From an uncultured Solibacteraceae bacterium (GTDB lineage: Bacteria; Acidobacteriota; Terriglobia; Bryobacterales; Bryobacteraceae), in contig CAZARO010000001.1 of NCBI GenBank assembly GCA_964487165.1, positions 1 to 31,228 of the forward strand: DNA of 31,228 bases, in the 5' to 3' direction. Positions 27,401 through 31,228 of the stretch are shown in pieces. The notes under the pieces are model-generated. The model had not been told where the DNA came from. It did not search any database and was given only the letters and a program-made list of their open reading frames with translations. Both the position numbers and the translations under genes were made by a program. Within the stretch, counting starts at the first letter, position 1. Every line of letters starts with the position of its first letter.

Positions 27401-30092
27401 AGACGATTGCCGGTGCGGCGGGCGGAGGAAGGAACGAGGGAACGGGCTGGATGGTATACGTCGCCGATCCCGAAATCAGGCCGGGCCCGGTGGCCGTCAC
27501 CGTGACGGTTCCAGCGGTGAATTGGCTCATCACGGCGATTTTGGTCATGCCGCCCTCTACCTGCAGTTCGGGATCTCCAGGCGCATGGTAGTTGAACGCA
27601 CTATTGCCGGCAGCTGTGGAGTAGGCATCGGAGCCGTTTGCCACATACTGTTCGGTGCCACCCAGGTAGGTGGCCGGTCCACTTACGGAGAAGGTCAGCG
27701 TGTCGGCTGCGGTGGGAACCACCACTCCATTCGCATCCTGCACCTGGGCCGTGACGAACGCCACGTCGGACCCGTTAGCCGTCACAGCAAAGCTGGTTTC
27801 GTCCGGTTTCACCAGCTCGGGCACCACAGAAAGCACGATTTTGCTCTCTGCGCCGGCCGTAGTCTTGGTGTCCGTCGCTAAGACGTCCCCATACTGATCG
27901 AGACAATCCGCCTCTACCGTGCCTGCCTGCCAGTTCACCGCCCATGAGGTTTGAAACGGCATTATGGTGGTGCTTTGAGTCAAGTTAGCACTGGAGTTGG
28001 AGTCCCAACTATTCGGCGTTTGGATGGCGCCCTGTTGAACGCCGTTAATCAACAGGCGAACCGCCGGGCAATTACTGAAGGCGTTCACCTGAATGGGAGC
28101 CGATGCCTGGTAAGCACGGTTCCAGTGATGCGCCAGATGAACTACCGGCTTGATGGAGAAGGGCGTCCACGCCGCTTCATAGATGTAATACAGCAACTTG
28201 GGGAAGCGATTCATGTCCACCATGGAAGCGCCCAGAGCGCGCACGCTGGCCTGGTAGGTAGCCTGCTGCGCTGTGTTCAAGTACTGCTGATATTCCGCGT
28301 ACAGGCCGTTCTCGCCGGGCGAATCGGCAAAGTACCATTGCGCCATTCCAAAGGCATTGGCCTGCCTCCCTTGGCGCCAGTTATCCAGGAACGGAGCGGC
28401 GAACGCAAGCTCGTAATCGTAGGCCAAGCCACGGGCAGTGCCGTTCCCCCAATACTCCGCGCCCCACGCCGGATTATTCGGGAACTGGTCCTTGACCCCC
28501 ACTTCACAACCCTGCAGCGTGCACCCCAGCATATATCCGTTCGCGGGGTCAGGTGTGCGATCCGCGGCGACGCGCGTATTGATAGGATCCCAAGCCTGAT
28601 CGATTGCCAGAAGAGCTGCCCCGATAGTCTCGTCCATCGTGCCATTATTCGACTCCCAGTCCAGAATTGAAGGATGGCTACGATCGCGGACGATCATGTC
28701 GCGATGCAATTCTTCCTTCAGAGTCACATCGTCGGCGGGCGGCGTGGAGAAAGCATCTTCACCGTCGCCGCTTGGCTGATCGATCATGATGCCATAGGCG
28801 TCGGCCGCGTTCACGAACTCCTCGCTGGTAGTGGAGTGACCCGGACGCCAGATACTTCCACCGGCTGCGGCAAGTTGCGCCAGGTCGCGCCACTGCTGCT
28901 CTTCCGGAACCGAGGATCCGAGCGCGGGATAATCGTAACGTCCCGAAGCACCCCATAAGTACATTGGATGACTGTTGAAATAAGGGAAGTTATGATCCCA
29001 GGTAATTATTCGGATGCCGAGCGGGCTTTGGGCCGAATCCACCACCGCGCCGTTCACGCTGACGATATGGTAGACCTTATACATATAAGGTGTCCCATAA
29101 GTGCTATTATTCGGGTACCAGAGCGTGGGATTGTCTACCGTAATCTGCTGATCGAACATGGGGGTCGCCGCGGATGGGTAAGTGCTCGGAGTCATCGGCG
29201 GCACTGTTTGCGTGACGGGCGCCGCGGATGCCACAACGTTGCCGTTGGCATCCACGATTTGGGTAGTCAGAGTAACCTGTTGCGTCGCCGCCGTCTCATT
29301 AAGTACATTCGTCTGCACTTCCACCACGGCTGATGCCGCCTGCGCCGTGCTGTTAGGCGCCGGCGTCTCGGATACCGTGGCTACATAGGTGCCCCACGTT
29401 TTTTGATTGGAATACACGTTCACCGGGATATGCACCTTATTCGTGATGAACATGTACGCCGGGCGGAACAAGCCTGCCTCCGCCTGTCCGAATCGATAAT
29501 CTCCCGAGAAGGTCGGTTGTTCGAAGAACGAATTGTTCCTCGAAACGCGCACGGCCAGCACATTATCGGTCGCTCCGTCGGCGTGAAGGTATGGGGTCAA
29601 ATCGACGAGGAACGGTATGAAACCAATCACATGCGATGCGCTGGCGTTGGCGGATACGGCACTGATACCCGGCAGGAGGGTGCCATTGATATAAACTTGA
29701 GCGCCCGTGTGAGCGCCCTCAAACTCCACCATTACCTTGCTGTTCGCGTACTGCGTGCCAAGCGTGAAGTGCAGTCGATACCAGATGTTGCCGCCGTTCA
29801 GATCGCCGTCACCGCCGCCTGATTGTACATTGAGAAAGGATGTGAAATAATTCGCGCCGTGTGGAATGCCTACCGCGGTCCAACTGGAATCGCTAAAGGA
29901 AGGCGTGGCAAACGACGGCGAGTCCTGGTCTTTGACATACAGCCATTGGCGTTGTCCCGGCATGCCAGACGATAAGTTGATAGTAATCCTGTCGGAAGTA
30001 GGTAGCGTTGTTTCTACCTGTTGGGCACTAATATTGCCCGTGAACAACCATGCCGCCAAAAACACTGTTATAGTCAAAAGTAGACGATTCAC
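21459..30092 (-). CDS. Giant secreted modular glycoside hydrolase: SP - GH2 - DUF4982/Ig-like - Ig x3 - CBM32 - DUF1566(Lcl) - Ig - (FN3-malectin) x3 - chitobiase-C-like (Fn3-associated) - FN3 x2 - GH64
   Basis: 2877-aa ORF, RBS GGAGG 6 nt before GTG, signal peptide ending ISA-Q. GH2 motifs VEFEGAHTGAQVYING, LGIRIITWD and RDRSHPSILDW. Ig YQWYRNG motifs; CBM32 NLALNQPATASS..DGNLTTRW..YSLYEMQVY; Lcl VRDNVSGLTWQR..MRLPT; malectin YTVRLHFAEYY..GQRVFNV; APSFTPPAGTY..TIYYTTNGSTP; GH64 DFIEYT..TRVD and YAFPYND. Confidence 0.9.
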   Translation of the reverse strand: MNRLLLTITVFLAAWLFTGNISAQQVETTLPTSDRITINLSSGMPGQRQWLYVKDQDSPSFATPSFSDSSWTAVGIPHGANYFTSFLNVQSGGGDGDLNGGNIWYRLHFTLGTQYANSKVMVEFEGAHTGAQVYINGTLLPGISAVSANASASHVIGFIPFLVDLTPYLHADGATDNVLAVRVSRNNSFFEQPTFSGDYRFGQAEAGLFRPAYMFITNKVHIPVNVYSNQKTWGTYVATVSETPAPNSTAQAASAVVEVQTNVLNETAATQQVTLTTQIVDANGNVVASAAPVTQTVPPMTPSTYPSAATPMFDQQITVDNPTLWYPNNSTYGTPYMYKVYHIVSVNGAVVDSAQSPLGIRIITWDHNFPYFNSHPMYLWGASGRYDYPALGSSVPEEQQWRDLAQLAAAGGSIWRPGHSTTSEEFVNAADAYGIMIDQPSGDGEDAFSTPPADDVTLKEELHRDMIVRDRSHPSILDWESNNGTMDETIGAALLAIDQAWDPINTRVAADRTPDPANGYMLGCTLQGCEVGVKDQFPNNPAWGAEYWGNGTARGLAYDYELAFAAPFLDNWRQGRQANAFGMAQWYFADSPGENGLYAEYQQYLNTAQQATYQASVRALGASMVDMNRFPKLLYYIYEAAWTPFSIKPVVHLAHHWNRAYQASAPIQVNAFSNCPAVRLLINGVQQGAIQTPNSWDSNSSANLTQSTTIMPFQTSWAVNWQAGTVEADCLDQYGDVLATDTKTTAGAESKIVLSVVPELVKPDETSFAVTANGSDVAFVTAQVQDANGVVVPTAADTLTFSVSGPATYLGGTEQYVANGSDAYSTAAGNSAFNYHAPGDPELQVEGGMTKIAVMSQFTAGTVTVTATGPGLISGSATYTIQPVPSFLPPPAAPAIVLPPVNTAVTAGQPATFTVTATGTAPLTFQWYKNGSAITGATGASYTTLPTASSDNNSAFTMTVSNGLGSATSTAATLTVDLPAAVAITTQPASQTVYVGQTAQLSVAATGSPVLTYQWYRNGTSIGGATASTYATPELAAGNNGDSYVVTITNPVNSVTSTAAVLTVAAAVAPGITQQPVSLSVLANDPATFTVGVSGSAPFTYQWQLNGVNLLGANAASYSIFQVQQTNAGNYTVVVTNAAGNVTSNVTTLTIAPPGVNLALNQPATASSSQNGGLTPNYINDGNLTTRWGSAIGVDPSWVEIDLGSVQPFDNVILYWENAYATQYQIQYSTDNTNWNFAYSNSDGAGGVENLTFPTVHGRYVRMYGQQRATQYGYSLYEMQVYNVPQCGGATERYTILSSSTVRDNVSGLTWQRAENTYTGANSQGAQYTQPIAQAYCSSQSMRLPTQAEALGISGTNSASCAFPQPWSTWTSTPDPADSNNAAFVTYAGQSSWQVANNFPGGVVCDTGASIMPPTIATQPAPQTVAAGQTASFTVAANGPGTLTYQWYRNGTAITGATASSYTTPATAATDNGAQFSVGVTNAGGSVLSNSVLLTVTTATCAAAPSVPGSLSATATSFSQIALAWGASTAGTPCSVSYSVFRGTTAGFVPAASNQVVSGQTTATYSDSGLTAATTYYYVVEAVDSSGASAPSAQASATTQSAATGSSTDVLDIHAGGGAVGSYAADEYYNGGSTSNTTSTISTAGVTNPAPQAVYQSQRFGNFTYTIPGFTAGGSYTVRLHFAEYYWTQVGQRVFNVTINGTQVLSNFDIIQAAGGPDKAVVEQFPVTANASGQIAIQFATVKDNAEINGIEIEQGGGQSVVPPAAPTGLTAAAGSPSQINLSWTASATSGAGYLVFRSTTSGFTPSSTNQITSTNTTTYADTGLTASTTYYYVVEASDSAGASAPSAQASATTPSASTGTSRDVLDIHAGGGTVGSYVADEYYNGGSTSANTATISTAGVTNPAPEAVYQTQRFGNFSYTIPGFTAGGSYTVRLHFDEYYWTQVGQRVFNVTINSTQVLTNFDIIQAAGKPEQAVVEQFPVTANSSGQIVIQFATVKDNAEINGIEIEQASSQSTPPPAAPAGLTATPASTSQINLSWTASATSGAGYLVFRSTTSGFTPASTNQIASTNGTNYADTGLTAATTYYYVVEASSSAGASTPSAQASATTQSAATGTSTDVIAIHAGGGAVGNFVADEYFTGGSTSNNTATISTAGVTNPAPEAVYQTQRFGNFTYTIPGFTAGVSYTVRLHFSEYYWTQVGQRVFNVTINGTQVLTNFDIIQAAGGPDKAVVEQFAVTANASGQIVIALATVKDNAEIAGIEVQSLSTTPPPPPVAAAPSFTPPAGTYTSAQSVALSDTTTGATIYYTTNGSTPTTSSAVYSSAIAVSSNETIQAIAVAPGYTNSAVASAAYTINTGGTGGPVAAPTSLTAVASTSSQTYLNWAASPTAGVNYLVFRSTTPNFTPGTSNLVCTASQSSNLTAASSPYQVCTTWSMTYFADNGGAAPLEASTTYYYLVEAINASGVTSTPAGPVGVTTLGVSTAGTPAELTGLTATAASANEIDLSWNASTATSSGTAVVTYRVYRATTPGFAPASSNQIGTTKANMFQDVLANASTTYYYVVEASNSSGTSLASPIVSAATAPLGSNPPFWDSSNVPPAQNVMMFKFLNRTNGVYADGQVFWSVNLNGTTTTNSIAAQPTFDMPANSAGRMYFYLGSVGQGSTNYYDFIEYTIGPTSINFDTTRVDALGIKLAARLTCGDGTDVAVGENAETFAESRATTFARYLNQVPADFQAEAQPPYAPYRIVEPGTGGFNAGGPYANYYNAYISQVWSTNGLTIPEAGANGSGLGSYPDLSAAIYRHAAGPGTFNPNGTLVSQGIWGNPAYFFQTEPYDHYAQFISSIAINGQQYAFPYNDAGGYSSDVSCQNPETLLVAIGW
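21462..22310 (-). other. GH64 (beta-1,3-glucanase, thaumatin-like) module of the giant protein
   Basis: FKFLNRTNG, GRMYFYLG, YYDFIEYT-x-DTTRVD (Glu2670/Asp2686, 16 residues apart) and YAFPYND near the C-terminus. Confidence 0.75.
23300..25594 (-). repeat. Three tandem 765-nt (255-aa) FN3 + malectin units inside the giant gene
   Basis: TCTCCGCGTT starts at 23321, 24086 and 24851. ACCAGGTAGCCGGCGCCGCTGGTCGCGCTGGCGGTCCAGCTCA starts at 23941 and 24706. All offsets are exactly 765. Confidence 0.95.
28150..29990 (-). other. GH2 module (sugar-binding, Ig-like and TIM barrel domains) of the giant protein
   Basis: GH2-type sequence order and motifs. Putative nucleophile Glu546 lies in AWGAEYW (28455-28457). 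The acid/base position reads WESNNG instead of WxxxNE. Boundaries are approximate. Confidence 0.75.
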
Positions 30093-30605
30093 GGAATTCC
30101 TCCGATTAGTGTATTTAGATTGACTTGGTGTACATCCAGTTCTAACAGAGACGGTCGTCCAGACACTTACGCACTCGACGACCGAAGCCCGATTTCTCTC
30201 TCAGATGGCCGTTGCCGAAAGCTATTGTATGCCCAGTACTAACCTCGCTAAAGCGGTAAATCCTCAGTTGTAGTACTGCTAACAGGACGACAGGTAGAAC
30301 AATCCGTCCTTCGGCAGTATGGCGCATTCAACCTTAGTTAACTTATCTCACATCGCGGCACAGGCTGAAATAGTTCTGTAATAGAGGTTTATAACCCCTG
30401 GCCACCTAGAGAGTTTAGCCCACTTACAGAACGAACGCGTGAGGAATGTGCGACTTATCGGATGATATCGCACAGATCGGAAGGGCTCCAGCCGGCCGGA
30501 GCATCGCGAGGTTGAGGCTTGGTTGGGAAACTCGCGACGATCTGCGCCATTTCGCGGCCAAATGGCGCGAGTTGCGTAGATAGCAGTACCGCCTACGAGA
30601 GGGGC

Positions 30606-30704
30606 TCAAGCGGAAGACGGTCGATTCGATCGCTCGCGTGGTAATCGCCAGCGTGTTAAAGAGTTCTTATGAGGCAGTTCGTATGTAACGATGTTGGTTT
30701 TCAT
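30606..30704 (-). CDS. 32-aa small ORF of unknown function
   Basis: Very strong purine-rich RBS (GGGAGGAGAAAAGGACCGACC-ATG). MKTNIVTYELPHKNSLTRWRLPRERSNRPSSA*. No recognisable domain. Confidence 0.3.
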   Translation of the reverse strand: MKTNIVTYELPHKNSLTRWRLPRERSNRPSSA

Positions 30705-31178
30705 GGTCGGTCCTTTTCTCCTCCCGCGTCGGTTTGGAGAAGGGCTGAGTCCGCAAGGGAATGCGCCATTGCGACGGTTGGAAGCGGCCTGCCCGAACCG
30801 GATGCGGGTGGAAGTGCAACGGCGATTCTCCGGGTCCTCTGTCGCAGTTAATGCGCCACATGGAGCAGGATTTGCAAACCCTAATGCTTGGAAAAGAAGG
30901 CGGAAAAAATCCGGGACGGCGTCAAAAGTGGAATCTTCGCCGAGGACACCCCTGGCAGCCGCATTTGTAGATCCCGGATCGGCAGATTCCGCACTTTCAA
31001 GTGCAACTTTTGCATTTCGGCCCCGGTGAAGTCCCGGTTGCCGACACTGCTCCGGGCCGCTTTGGGGTTCGAAACAGCGGAGCTTATTATGGAGCATCTC
31101 GTGCTTATGATGAGGCGAAGCGCGGGGCTAATGGAGTGTTTCACCTCTGTTTATCCGTATAGGTTGAGGTGCGAGCCG

Positions 31179-31228
31179 ATGCCAAGTTCGACACAAGCTC
31201 AATGGTTCAGCGACTACGATTTGTATTT
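31179..31228 (+). CDS. 5' end of a gene running off the window; possibly 1,4-alpha-glucan branching enzyme (GlgB)
   Basis: RBS GAGGT at 31166-31170, ATG 31179. MPSSTQAQWFSDYDLY(F/L) resembles the DxDLYLFxEG start of short GlgB proteins. Only 16 codons are visible. Confidence 0.45.
   Translation, partial: MPSSTQAQWFSDYDLY

Noticed and set aside
23301-27881. Long plus-strand ORFs (462, 242 and 528 aa) antisense to the giant gene
   Set aside because: R/G/H-rich mirror-frame products of the Thr/Ala/Ser-rich repeats. No coding signature of their own.
21443-30091. TGAATCG(C/T)CT inverted match flanking the giant gene like terminal inverted repeats
   Set aside because: Only 9 of 10 bases match, one copy is the gene's own start, there is no extension, target duplication or transposase, and a match this short is expected by chance.
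30874-30918. GCAAACC...GGGACG, reminiscent of a c-di-GMP-I riboswitch
   Set aside because: No GNRA-capped P2 stem between them, no GCAAAG after GGGAC, and no P1 pairing.
6529-30994. Shared GCACTT/AAGTG half-sites upstream of the esterase (6529), mqo (11450) and the right-edge gene (30981)
   Set aside because: Spacers differ (0, 3 and 2 nt), which is inconsistent with one dimeric regulator.
30606-31097. 163-aa minus-strand ORF and 112-aa plus-strand ORF in the right intergenic region
   Set aside because: No RBS at the listed starts and no domain-like content. Only the last 32 codons of the minus ORF have a convincing start.
6630-31121. 13-mer GATGAGGCGAAGC shared (inverted) between two intergenic regions
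   Set aside because: Several 13-mer matches are expected by chance in 31 kb, and there is no flanking similarity.
1-31228. CRISPR array, tRNA/rRNA, IS or prophage genes
   Set aside because: No short repeat-spacer periodicity, RNA gene signatures or recombinase motifs were found by eye. The only long repeats are protein-domain repeats.

Overview
Accessory-type bacterial region with no rRNA, tRNA, CRISPR array, integrase or transposase that I could detect. GC is about 60% by eye, and the gene families suggest an Acidobacteriota-like organism (inference). From left to right: (1) a regulatory block made of a 5'-truncated HisKA_3 sensor kinase, a NarL/LuxR response regulator, a DoxX-like membrane protein, a possible DksA/TraR remnant and a sigma-54-type activator without a sensory domain; (2) a minus-strand run mqo - cupin - cydA - cydB, then secreted esterase - DUF4331 - non-heme chloroperoxidase; (3) a plus-strand efflux operon: TolC-like, YtcA, MdtN-like, small FUSC-like, MdtO-like FUSC; (4) malQ and glgX; (5) an 8.6-kb minus-strand gene for a secreted 2877-aa modular carbohydrate-active protein; (6) a structured 1.1-kb intergenic region and what looks like the start of glgB at the right edge. 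The giant protein is the most striking item. It has an N-terminal GH2 module whose canonical acid/base Glu is replaced by Gly. It ends in a C-terminal GH64 beta-1,3-glucanase module with its catalytic pair intact. Between them lie Ig, CBM32, DUF1566/Lcl, FN3 and three malectin modules, with the FN3-malectin unit repeated at an exact 765-nt period. All family assignments come from motif recognition, not database searches.
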